NCBI GenBank assembly: GCA_012729725.1
Contig: JAAYCO010000229.1
Span: forward strand, 1-62,806
Length of the DNA stretch: 62,806 nucleotides
Direction of reading: 5' to 3'
DNA from: Planctomycetota bacterium
GTDB lineage: Bacteria > Planctomycetota > Phycisphaerae > SM23-33
In this document: one piece after another, positions 44,615-53,183 of the stretch
How positions within the stretch are numbered: the first letter of the stretch is position 1
Layout of the letters: every line of letters begins with the position of its first letter
Position numbers and translations under genes: made by a program
Notes under the pieces: model-generated
The model's input: the letters and a program-made list of their open reading frames with translations, nothing else
The model's database searches: none
What the model was told of the DNA's origin: nothing

Positions 44615-44843
44615 TACAAAGCCCGGCGAGAAAGTTGAACTTGTTGGCATTAACGGCGGGGGCAGGTGTTTCATAAATCGCTTGACCGAGATGGGGCTGG
44701 TGCCAGGTTCACGGCTTGAGGTTGAATGCGGCGGAATGCACGGCCCGACCATCGTCGTCGTCAAGGGCGTGCGGCTTGCGCTTGGCCAGGGAATGGCCCA
44801 CAGAGTGCTTGTCCGCAAGATACCTGCCGGCGGAAAGGCCTGA
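44583..44843 (+). CDS. feoA: Ferrous iron transport protein FeoA
   Basis: SH3-like 'L.D.KPGEKVELVGI......RLTEMGLVPGSRLEV'. GGCAGGAG SD. It overlaps the regulator's 3' end. Confidence 0.85.
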   Translation: MNTKMDRTLADTKPGEKVELVGINGGGRCFINRLTEMGLVPGSRLEVECGGMHGPTIVVVKGVRLALGQGMAHRVLVRKIPAGGKA

Positions 44844-44844
44844 A

Positions 44845-46998
44845 ATGGATTCGCCTTTAGCAGCACAGGCCGTCGCCTCTGGGCGGTTGACGATCGCTCT
44901 TGCCGGCAATCCCAATGCCGGCAAGACCACTGTCTTCAACATGATGACCGGCGCGCGCCAGCACGTGGCCAACTATCCGGGCGTGACAGTGGATCTCAAA
45001 GAAGGTTCCGCCCGGCTGGACAATCGGACCGTCAAGGTGGTCGACCTGCCCGGGGCCTACAGCCTCAATGCTTACAGCACCGAGGAAATCGTCACACGCA
45101 ACTTCATCATCGAGCAATTGCCGGATGTCGTGGTCAATGTGGTTGATGCGTCGAATCTCGAGCGCAACCTTTACCTGACTGTCCAGCTTATGGAACTGGG
45201 CGTGCCTGTAGTTGTCGCCCTGAACATGTTTGACATTGTCCAGCGGCGAGGGCTCACAATCGACACCGCCAAATTGTCGGTGCTGCTTGGCGTGCCCGTC
45301 GTTCCGACTGTCGCCAGCAGGGATGAGGGCGTGGACGATCTGCTGAAAACCGCCGACGCGCTGGCGCTTGCCCCACAGGCAGCGAGAAAAGTCGACTACG
45401 GCAGAGAGGTTGAACCGCATATAGACCAATTAACATCGCTGGTTGCATCCTGCGCCGGTCTTCAGGGCAGGGCCAGATGGTTTGCGGTGAAGATGCTCGA
45501 AGATGATGAGGTGACTCGAAACCGTGTTCGGTCGCTCTGCCCCTCTGAGTTCGAGAAGATTGCCGCGGAATGCCGCCGCATCCGGGCGCACGTCGAGAAG
45601 ATCTGCGGGCATGATATCACTACTGTTCTGGCGGACAGGCGATACGGCTTCATCGCCGGCGCCTGCGCCGAGGCGGTTCGGCGTACATGCGAAGCTCACG
45701 TCTCGAAGAGCGAACTGATTGACCGCCTGGTGCTTCACCCATGGATGGGCCTGCCCATTTTCGGCGCGGCGATGTATCTGATGTTCCTTATGACATTCAC
45801 GCTTGGCGAGCCAATGATGACGGCCATGGCAGGGGGAATACGCTGGTTCAGCGGGTTGGTCTATGGCCTGTGGCCCGCTCAAAGCGAAAGCTTCCTGCGT
45901 TCACTTGTTGTTGACGGCGTTCTTGGCGGCGTTGGCGGCGTGCTCTCATACCTGCCCAACATCCTGCTGCTGTTTTTGGCCATAGCTTTCCTGGAGGACA
46001 GCGGTTACATGGCTCGGGCCGCGTTTATCATGGACCGCCTGATGCACAAGATCGGTTTGCACGGCAAGAGTTTCATACCGATGCTCATTGGCTTCGGCTG
46101 CACGGTTCCGGCCATCATGGCGACTCGCACCCTTGAGACCCGGCGCGACAGGCTGACGACCATCATGGTGCTGCCGCTGATGAGTTGCGGGGCTCGTTTG
46201 CCGATCTACGTGCTCATGATTCCCGCGTTTTTCCCGAAGACATGGCAGGCGCCGGTTATGGGCCTGATTTATCTGACGGGAGTGCTGCTGGCGGTTGTTG
46301 CGGCAAGGGTTCTTCGTTCGACGCTGTTCAAGGGCGAGTCGGTTCCCTTCGTGATGGAGTTGCCCCCCTATCGCATGCCGAGCATGCGCGGTTTGCTGAT
46401 TCACGTCTGGGACAGAGGCTGGCAGTTCGTCAAGAAGGCCGGGACGCTCATTCTTGGAATATCGGTGCTGCTCTGGTCGCTTTCGGTCTGGCCGCAACCC
46501 GGCGCCGAGAAGCTTGAGCCGATACGGGAACAGCTCGCGGTTGCTGCCGGCGCAAACGACCCCGCGAGACTCGCGGAGCTTGAGAATCAGGTGTCTCGCT
46601 TGCGGCTGGAGAATTCCGCCATAGGCAGAATCGGCAACACCATTGCCCCGGCCTTTGCGCCACTTGGATTTGATTGGCGAGTATCCACCGCTCTTATCGG
46701 CGCGTTTGCCGCCAAGGAGATGTTCGTCGCCCAGATGGGCATAGTACACTCGCTTGGCCAGACGGATGAACATTCTTCGAGCCTGCAGGAAGCCCTGCGG
46801 GACACCTACACCCCGCTCCAGGGTTTCTGCATCATGTTGTTCTGCCTGATAAGCATGCCCTGTATGGCGACTGTCGCGGTCACTCGCAAGGAAACGGGGT
46901 CATGGAAATGGGCAGCGCTTCAGCTTGGCGGTCTGACGGTGACGGCGTGGATCGTCACCGCGGCTGTCTATCAACTGGGCCGGCTGGCGACAGGCTGA
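44845..46998 (+). CDS. feoB: Ferrous iron transporter FeoB
   Basis: G-domain motifs 'IALAGNPNAGKTTVFN', 'DLPGAYSL' and 'ALNMFD', followed by a polytopic membrane domain. It starts 2 nt after the feoA stop. Confidence 0.95.
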   Translation: MDSPLAAQAVASGRLTIALAGNPNAGKTTVFNMMTGARQHVANYPGVTVDLKEGSARLDNRTVKVVDLPGAYSLNAYSTEEIVTRNFIIEQLPDVVVNVVDASNLERNLYLTVQLMELGVPVVVALNMFDIVQRRGLTIDTAKLSVLLGVPVVPTVASRDEGVDDLLKTADALALAPQAARKVDYGREVEPHIDQLTSLVASCAGLQGRARWFAVKMLEDDEVTRNRVRSLCPSEFEKIAAECRRIRAHVEKICGHDITTVLADRRYGFIAGACAEAVRRTCEAHVSKSELIDRLVLHPWMGLPIFGAAMYLMFLMTFTLGEPMMTAMAGGIRWFSGLVYGLWPAQSESFLRSLVVDGVLGGVGGVLSYLPNILLLFLAIAFLEDSGYMARAAFIMDRLMHKIGLHGKSFIPMLIGFGCTVPAIMATRTLETRRDRLTTIMVLPLMSCGARLPIYVLMIPAFFPKTWQAPVMGLIYLTGVLLAVVAARVLRSTLFKGESVPFVMELPPYRMPSMRGLLIHVWDRGWQFVKKAGTLILGISVLLWSLSVWPQPGAEKLEPIREQLAVAAGANDPARLAELENQVSRLRLENSAIGRIGNTIAPAFAPLGFDWRVSTALIGAFAAKEMFVAQMGIVHSLGQTDEHSSSLQEALRDTYTPLQGFCIMLFCLISMPCMATVAVTRKETGSWKWAALQLGGLTVTAWIVTAAVYQLGRLATG

Positions 46999-47597
46999 TC
47001 GTCAGTTTCTTCAGGGCTTTGATCCTGAGGCGCCCGGCTGAACCGAACGACTCCCTGATCAGTCACCAGTATGTCCACCGGCTGATCATGCGAATGCCGG
47101 GGAAGGTCCGGCAGAACCTGTAAGTGATAGGCCAGGCCGCAACGAACCGCATGAACGTGGGGCTGGGCGAAGAACCTGTCGTAGAACCCCCCGCCTCTTC
47201 CCAGGCGATGGCCCTGAAGATCGAAAGCCAACGCCGGGACTATTACGAATTCGATGTCTTCCTCCGGCCAGAGCGCTCCATCCTCGGGCTCTCGCAGCTG
47301 ACCTCGGGTTTTCACCAGTCCCGCCTCGAGTGAATGCAGTTCGACGGCGACCATGTGCTTCTTGTCCCAGCTGACCTTGGGAACAAGCACTGTCTTGCCC
47401 GCCTGCCACGCCCCCAGAATAACCGGGGTAATATCAATTTCCCCCACGATTGGCAGATAAGCCATTATGGACCTGGACTGCACGAACTCCGGCAACTGCA
47501 TCAGGCGGCGACACGCAGTCTTGCCGGCATCCTGTGCATCAGTTGAGTTCATCGCCGCGAGGGCGAGTTTTACCTGGTTGCGAACCGCGCGTTTCAT
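46971..47597 (-). CDS. 5-formyltetrahydrofolate cyclo-ligase
   Basis: 'SIMAYLPIVGEIDITP', 'LVPKV' and 'GHRLGRGGGFYDRF'. Its 3' end overlaps feoB by 28 nt (convergent). Confidence 0.85.
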   Translation of the reverse strand: MKRAVRNQVKLALAAMNSTDAQDAGKTACRRLMQLPEFVQSRSIMAYLPIVGEIDITPVILGAWQAGKTVLVPKVSWDKKHMVAVELHSLEAGLVKTRGQLREPEDGALWPEEDIEFVIVPALAFDLQGHRLGRGGGFYDRFFAQPHVHAVRCGLAYHLQVLPDLPRHSHDQPVDILVTDQGVVRFSRAPQDQSPEETDDQPVASRPS

Positions 47598-47629
47598 ACG
47601 CCTAAATCGTATCCTGGGCGAGAACTGGA

Positions 47630-49057
47630 TTACAGATCAAAAATTTTGCCGGGGTTAAGCACGCAAGCCGGGTCCAGTGCTCGCTTGATCGCCCGCATCA
47701 TATTCATCTGCTCTTGTCCCATAACGGCCGGCATGAACTTCTTTCGCTTGCTTCCAATGCCATGCTCTCCGCTGATGGTCCCGCCGAGACTCTTGGCTAT
47801 CTGGTACATCTCGGCCAGAATGGCCTGGAGTTTGTGTTCCCACTCCTCCTGGGTCCAGGCAGGATTCATAACCGGCGTGGCGTGAAGGTTGCCGTCGCCC
47901 GCATGCCCGTAGCACGGTATGGGGCAATCCCACTTGCCGGAGAGCTCTCCCAGGCGGTCTACCATGTCCGCGATCTGGGCGATGGGAACTACGATGTCCT
48001 CCAGGCTCTGCTTTGGAGAAAAGACTTTAAATGCTTCGGCGATGTTGCGCCGGACGCTCCAGATACGTTCGCTGGTGGTGTGATTGTCGGCGACATACAC
48101 CTCTATTGCGCCGGCGGACAGGCACATCTCGCCGATAGATTCCGATTCCCGCTGCACTTGTTCGGCGTCGCCGCCGTCGACGCTTATCAGCAGCATCGCG
48201 CCCGCTTGCTGGTAGGGAATGGTCTCATTGAGGTATTTGCAGGCCGCCACAAACGCGGACTGGTCCATGAACTCGATGGCTGTAGGAATTATGCCGCCCG
48301 TCATAATGCGGGGCACTGCCGATATCGCGTCGTGAATGTTGCCAAACAGAACAAGCAGATCCACGTTGCTTTGCGGCAGGGGCATCAGCTTCAAGGTGAT
48401 GCTGGTGAACACGCCAAGCGTGCCCTCGCTGCCTACCATGAGCGATACAAGATCATAGCCGGTCACATCCTTGACGAGTTTGCCGCCAAGTTGCACGATT
48501 TCCCCGGTCGGCGTTACGACCTCAAGGCCCGTTACATATCGACCGGTGACGCCGTACTTGACGGCTTTTCCGCCGCCGGCGTTTTCGGCGACGTTGCCGC
48601 CAACAAAGCACGTTTCCAGGCTCATCGGATAGCCGGCATAGAACAAGCCCGTGCTGCGCAGCACTTCGTTTATCTCGTTGGTGACGACGCCGGGCTCGAC
48701 GGTGATCATCATGTTCGCCCGGTCGATTTCGATAATGCGGTTCATGCGGTCGCACATCAGCACAATGCCGCCGAAAACCGGAACCGCGCCGCCGCTAAGC
48801 CCCGAGCCTGCGCCCCTGGGCGTAACCGGGATGAGATGCTTGTTCGCCAGCTTCATGATGCGGGCTATCTCGTCGGCGGCGCCGGGACGGACAAGCGCTT
48901 CGGGCATATGAGCATAGTGCTTGTCGGCCACTTCATCATGCGAATACGGCTCGAGTTTCTCCGGGTCGTTGAATATCACATAAGAATCGCCGACTATTGC
49001 CGCCAGCTCGGCGGCGATTTCGGCGGTTACGGGATTGTACTTTGCACCATCGCTCAT
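47630..49057 (-). CDS. FAD-linked oxidase (GlcD / D-lactate dehydrogenase family)
   Basis: PCMH FAD-binding motifs 'LIPVTPRGAGSGLSGGAVP' and 'GISGEHGIG'. I chose ATG 49057 (MSDGAKYNP), 40 nt after the etfA stop. Confidence 0.85.
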   Translation of the reverse strand: MSDGAKYNPVTAEIAAELAAIVGDSYVIFNDPEKLEPYSHDEVADKHYAHMPEALVRPGAADEIARIMKLANKHLIPVTPRGAGSGLSGGAVPVFGGIVLMCDRMNRIIEIDRANMMITVEPGVVTNEINEVLRSTGLFYAGYPMSLETCFVGGNVAENAGGGKAVKYGVTGRYVTGLEVVTPTGEIVQLGGKLVKDVTGYDLVSLMVGSEGTLGVFTSITLKLMPLPQSNVDLLVLFGNIHDAISAVPRIMTGGIIPTAIEFMDQSAFVAACKYLNETIPYQQAGAMLLISVDGGDAEQVQRESESIGEMCLSAGAIEVYVADNHTTSERIWSVRRNIAEAFKVFSPKQSLEDIVVPIAQIADMVDRLGELSGKWDCPIPCYGHAGDGNLHATPVMNPAWTQEEWEHKLQAILAEMYQIAKSLGGTISGEHGIGSKRKKFMPAVMGQEQMNMMRAIKRALDPACVLNPGKIFDL

Positions 49058-49097
49058 TTTGTCTTTCCACAACCTGGGCACGGAAGCTCCCAAGGCC

Positions 49098-50087
49098 CTA
49101 TTTGCCCGGCAGTTTTTCCAGCAGCACCGGAACAACATCAAACAGGCTGGCAACTATGCCGAAATCCGCCACCTTGAAGATCTGCGCCTCCGGATCGGTG
49201 TTGACGGCCACTATCACTTCGCTGGTCTGCATGCCGGCCAGGTGCTGAATTGATCCGCTTGCTCCCAGCCCAACGTAGAGCTGTGGTGTAATCGTCTTGC
49301 CCGACAGCCCGATCTGATGCGGATAGCTTAACCAGCCTCGATCGACCACATCTCTGGTTGCTCCAACGGCGGCATCCAGTTTGTCCGCCAGACGCCGTGC
49401 AAGTTCAACGTTTTCGCCCTTCTTTATGCCCCTGCCGACCACAACGACCCTTTGAGCGTCGCTAAGCGCCTGTTCTTCCACATTGGGCGAAAAACCTACG
49501 TGTTTGACATCCGACGCCAGCAACTCCTGCGGGGCCTTGAGCCTGACAATCTGGCCTTCTCTGCCAGAGGCTGGCTCGGCGGGCCTGGTGGAATGCGGCC
49601 GGACCGTCGCCATCTGGGGTCGATTGTTGGGCGTCTTGATCGTCGCCATGATATTGCCGCCAATGGCCGGGCGAGTCTGCAAAAGGTTGCCGCTTCCCTC
49701 TTCAATATCCAGCACTGTGCAATCGGCGGTGAGGCCTGCGTTCGCCTTGATCGCAACAAGCGGCATAAGCGTTCTGCCCGTTGATGTTGCGCCCGCGATG
49801 ATAATCTCCGGACGGTAGTCCTCGATCACCTTCAACATGCACCGCATGTACGGCTGGGGCAGAAAGCTTTCAAGCTGTGGAGCTTCGACGGCCACAACGC
49901 GATCAGCTCCACGATCTATCAGGCCTTGAAGATCGTCCTGATTGACATTGTTGCCCAGGATAAGCGCCGTCAGGGTCGTGCCGCGTTTTGAGGCCAGTTC
50001 GATGCCGCGCGTAAGCAGTTCGTGACTGATTCGCTGAACGCGGCCGTGAGATTGCTCGGCAAGTATCCATACACCTTCATGTTGCAT
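49098..50087 (-). CDS. etfA: Electron transfer flavoprotein alpha subunit
   Basis: 'VVVGRGI', 'VGLSGKTITPQLYVGLGASGSIQHLAGM' and 'IVAVNTDPEAQIF'. Confidence 0.9.
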   Translation of the reverse strand: MQHEGVWILAEQSHGRVQRISHELLTRGIELASKRGTTLTALILGNNVNQDDLQGLIDRGADRVVAVEAPQLESFLPQPYMRCMLKVIEDYRPEIIIAGATSTGRTLMPLVAIKANAGLTADCTVLDIEEGSGNLLQTRPAIGGNIMATIKTPNNRPQMATVRPHSTRPAEPASGREGQIVRLKAPQELLASDVKHVGFSPNVEEQALSDAQRVVVVGRGIKKGENVELARRLADKLDAAVGATRDVVDRGWLSYPHQIGLSGKTITPQLYVGLGASGSIQHLAGMQTSEVIVAVNTDPEAQIFKVADFGIVASLFDVVPVLLEKLPGK

Positions 50088-50112
50088 TAGTGTGCCTCTA
50101 CCTGATCTCGAA

Positions 50113-50910
50113 TCAGATTAACTGCTTTCCCCGGAGGAAACCCACCAGACCGTCCACAGCCTCATTCAGGGTGCGCTCATCGGTGGGCACATGTTTGACG
50201 CACTTTCGCGCCACGCTGGGTCTGAATATCTTCACTACGCGCGTCGGCGAGCCGGCAAGCCCAAGCTTGTCAGCGTGCACGTCAAGATCCTTGGCGCCCC
50301 AGGAGGGAATTTCGGCCTTGCGAGCCTTCTGTTTGCCTCGCAGCGTCGGAAGGCGGGGGGCAGCCACCTCTTTGACAACCGTCAGAACGCCCGGCAGCGC
50401 CATCTCCAGCAGCTCGTATCCATTTTCTACAAGCCGATGAACCCGGCAAGCGCCCTGCACAAGGGAATCAAATTTGGAAACGTACGAAATCACCGGCAGA
50501 TCGAGGAACGCGGCGATACCCGGACCCACCTGTCCCGTGTCGCCGTCTGTTGCGCGTTCACCGCAGATCACAAGGTCGAAGGCCCCGATCTTCCTGACGG
50601 CGGCCGCCAGGACATAGCTCGTTGCCCACGTGTCGCTACCGGCGAAGGCTTTATCGCTGACAAGCACGCCGGAGTCTACGCCCATTGATATCGCTTCACG
50701 CAGCGCGGCCGCTGCCTTGGGCGGACCCATGGACACTGCGATGATCTCACCGCCGTGCTGATCTCTCAACTGGATTGCCAGCTCGATTGCATAGAGATCC
50801 AGCGGATTGACAATGGCTTCAACGCCGTCGCGGATCATGGTCCCCGTAGCCTCGTCCATCCGCACGGCATTGGTTTCGGGAACCTGCTTGATCGGCACGA
50901 TAATCCGCAT
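50113..50910 (-). CDS. etfB: Electron transfer flavoprotein beta subunit
   Basis: 'MRIIVPIKQVPE', 'NP.D..A.E.A' and 'DLVICGERATDGDTGQVGP'. Confidence 0.9.
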   Translation of the reverse strand: MRIIVPIKQVPETNAVRMDEATGTMIRDGVEAIVNPLDLYAIELAIQLRDQHGGEIIAVSMGPPKAAAALREAISMGVDSGVLVSDKAFAGSDTWATSYVLAAAVRKIGAFDLVICGERATDGDTGQVGPGIAAFLDLPVISYVSKFDSLVQGACRVHRLVENGYELLEMALPGVLTVVKEVAAPRLPTLRGKQKARKAEIPSWGAKDLDVHADKLGLAGSPTRVVKIFRPSVARKCVKHVPTDERTLNEAVDGLVGFLRGKQLI

Positions 50911-50915
50911 TTATT

Positions 50916-52130
50916 TCACTCCTGGGCCGGCTGGACAACGCTTGCAGGATCGATCAGAACAAGCGGCCGGCATATCTCTAGCTGATTCGGGGGACGATCC
51001 TGCTCCAACATCCCCACCAGATCCTGTGACCGGGGATATGCCTGAAGGTAATCCTGCGTCAGAGCAGCAACCTTATCAAACACATCGTTGCGGGTATTTG
51101 CCCTCAGTTCGTACCACAACATGCCCGTGTGCGGTCGGCGGGTGAAATCCCACTTTGCCACAGGGCGATAGAAGGTATTGCACCGTTGCTGCGGCGTCAA
51201 GGCCAGATTGAAATAAGAAGTCACGGCCTTCTGCGATTTGTAGATCGGAATCAGCGATTCGATCAGCTTGACGGTCTGCTGATCCTGCGTGAACCTGATC
51301 GAAGGCATCGCAGCCGGAATCAGCGAAAACAGATTGGGCCCGCCGCCATGGAAGTTGTACAAGCCAAACTCGTACAACTGCCCCTCAAAACCGTGTCGCA
51401 GGGCGGCGTCCAGCGCGCAGAAATGGGCCATATCGTGCTGGTTGTGGCCGCATTCGTATTGAGGCATATACACTTGATCCGGGGGGAATTCCTCCAGCAG
51501 GGCCAGAATCCTGTCGGAGGCAAGTTTTAGTGATTCCACCGTCGCCAGTTCCTGACCGGCTTTAAACAGCTTTTCGGCGGGCAAACCGATCTTGTCCATT
51601 GCCTCTTGCGATTCCAGATGCCTGCCCTCCTTGTTCACCAGCCAGATGCAACGCACGTCCTTGCCTGTCCGAACAAAGTGGATGAGCTTGGAAAAGATGG
51701 GGAATTCGTCATCGGAATGCGCAAATACGAACAGCACGCGCTCCAGAGGCTTGACCAGGATGTCATACTGACGAATCCGCTCGCCTTCGCCCTGGTTGAT
51801 CCCGACTTTGATTACGTGTTGGCCCGCCTGCCCGGCAGTCGGCGTCCAGACTATAATTCCCGGCTCTTCGATCAACTTAACGCCTTCAGGGGCGTCTATC
51901 AGTCGAGCCGCCTGGGCGCCGTTATCTTTCACGACTATGGCGCCGGGGCAGTCAACGCATAGAACCTTCTTCTGCGCGGGCATGGTCTGTGGTTCTTGCG
52001 CCTGCGCAGGGGCGCATGCCAAGAGCAACATGAAGACGAGCGCGAACGATAGGCGTAGATGCATTGCTGCTTCCCTTCCAGTGGCCGCTTGCGCAGAAGC
52101 ACGTCGCATCATATGGATGCGAGAGGTCAT
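50916..52130 (-). CDS. PIG-L/LmbE-family deacetylase with an N-terminal signal peptide and an Ig-like segment
   Basis: 'VLFVFAHSDDEF' is a PIG-L AHPDDE-type motif. 'MHLRLSFALVFMLLLACAPAQA' is signal-like. The start is either 52130 (ATGA overlap with thiE) or ATG 52064. Confidence 0.6.
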   Translation of the reverse strand: MTSRIHMMRRASAQAATGREAAMHLRLSFALVFMLLLACAPAQAQEPQTMPAQKKVLCVDCPGAIVVKDNGAQAARLIDAPEGVKLIEEPGIIVWTPTAGQAGQHVIKVGINQGEGERIRQYDILVKPLERVLFVFAHSDDEFPIFSKLIHFVRTGKDVRCIWLVNKEGRHLESQEAMDKIGLPAEKLFKAGQELATVESLKLASDRILALLEEFPPDQVYMPQYECGHNQHDMAHFCALDAALRHGFEGQLYEFGLYNFHGGGPNLFSLIPAAMPSIRFTQDQQTVKLIESLIPIYKSQKAVTSYFNLALTPQQRCNTFYRPVAKWDFTRRPHTGMLWYELRANTRNDVFDKVAALTQDYLQAYPRSQDLVGMLEQDRPPNQLEICRPLVLIDPASVVQPAQE

Positions 52131-53167
52131 TTTCCCAATGAGTCCAGCTTCTTCCTAAGGGCCTTGGCCGCGGCTTCAGGATCCTTGGCGCAGCAAATGG
52201 CCGAACAAACGGCCACCCTGCGGCCACCCGCCTCAATGACCCGGCTGATGTTGGATGTGTTGATTCCGCCTATTGGAACAAGCGGCAATGTGGTTTCGGC
52301 CGCGGCCTGCTTGAGCAACTTCGTGCCTGCGAGCGGACCGGCGTCTTTCGTGCTGGTTTTGAAAACCGGACCTATCGATATGTAATCGGCGCCTTCGTTG
52401 ACGGCTCGCCGAACCTGGTCGATGTTATGGGTGCTTCTGCCGACAATCGCTCCAACTCGCAGCAGGCGGCGGGATTCCGCCACCGGCAGATCGCCCTGGC
52501 CCAGATGCACGCCGTCGGCGCCCACCATTGCGGCGATATCCGGACGATCGTTGATGATCAGCAGCCTGCCGGTTTCATCGGTCAGCTCGCGCAGCTCGGC
52601 GGCGAACGCCAGGAACTGATCATCGGGAATGCCCTTCTCGCGCAGTTGCAGCACATCCGCCCCGCCGGCGATTGCGGCGCGAGCTATTTCGCGCATGCTT
52701 CCGGGACACATGCTGCTGCTGAGCAGTGCGTACAGCCGGACCTGGGCAAACCTTCCGGCGACCATAATCCTCTGCACCAGGCGCTGCTCCAGCGTGTAAC
52801 CGTTATACCGCATGCGCTCGACCTTGCCGACCTGATCGGGCGCTATCACCTTTGAATATTCCTCGATGGTCCTGAGCGCCTCGGTCAGCCGCTTGCATGC
52901 AGCCAGGGCAACGTCCGTCAGACCCTGGCGATCCGGTTCGGTCGGGCTGGTGATTTCAGTGCCGATGTCGCCGGGGGTGTCCCGCGAGGTGATGAACTCG
53001 CCCAGCGGCAGGCGGGTGTAAACTTCGCGAAGGTCGCTTCGCAGGTTCTTGGCCATTGCGGTGACGGCGGGATCATTCAGCGCAAATCGGCCGCAATCTT
53101 CAGCAACTCTTAAGCCTTCACGGGCGCGATTGAAGTTCGCGTCCAGAATCCTGTAGATTTCCCGCAT
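52127..53167 (-). CDS. thiE: Thiamine-phosphate synthase ThiE, long form with an extra N-terminal domain
   Basis: The C-terminal TIM region reads 'LQLREKG', 'LIINDRPDIA', 'GVHLGQGDLP', 'GADYISIGPVFKTSTK' and 'PLVPIGGI'. About 130 extra N-terminal residues are present. Confidence 0.85.
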   Translation of the reverse strand: MREIYRILDANFNRAREGLRVAEDCGRFALNDPAVTAMAKNLRSDLREVYTRLPLGEFITSRDTPGDIGTEITSPTEPDRQGLTDVALAACKRLTEALRTIEEYSKVIAPDQVGKVERMRYNGYTLEQRLVQRIMVAGRFAQVRLYALLSSSMCPGSMREIARAAIAGGADVLQLREKGIPDDQFLAFAAELRELTDETGRLLIINDRPDIAAMVGADGVHLGQGDLPVAESRRLLRVGAIVGRSTHNIDQVRRAVNEGADYISIGPVFKTSTKDAGPLAGTKLLKQAAAETTLPLVPIGGINTSNISRVIEAGGRRVAVCSAICCAKDPEAAAKALRKKLDSLGK

Positions 53168-53183
53168 GGTCAGCCCTCATCTT

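Noticed and set aside
53168-53183. A TPP riboswitch upstream of thiE.
   Set aside because: Only 16 nt separate the glyA stop and the thiE start, so there is no room for a riboswitch. I did not recognise the conserved CUGAGA-type core upstream of glyA either.
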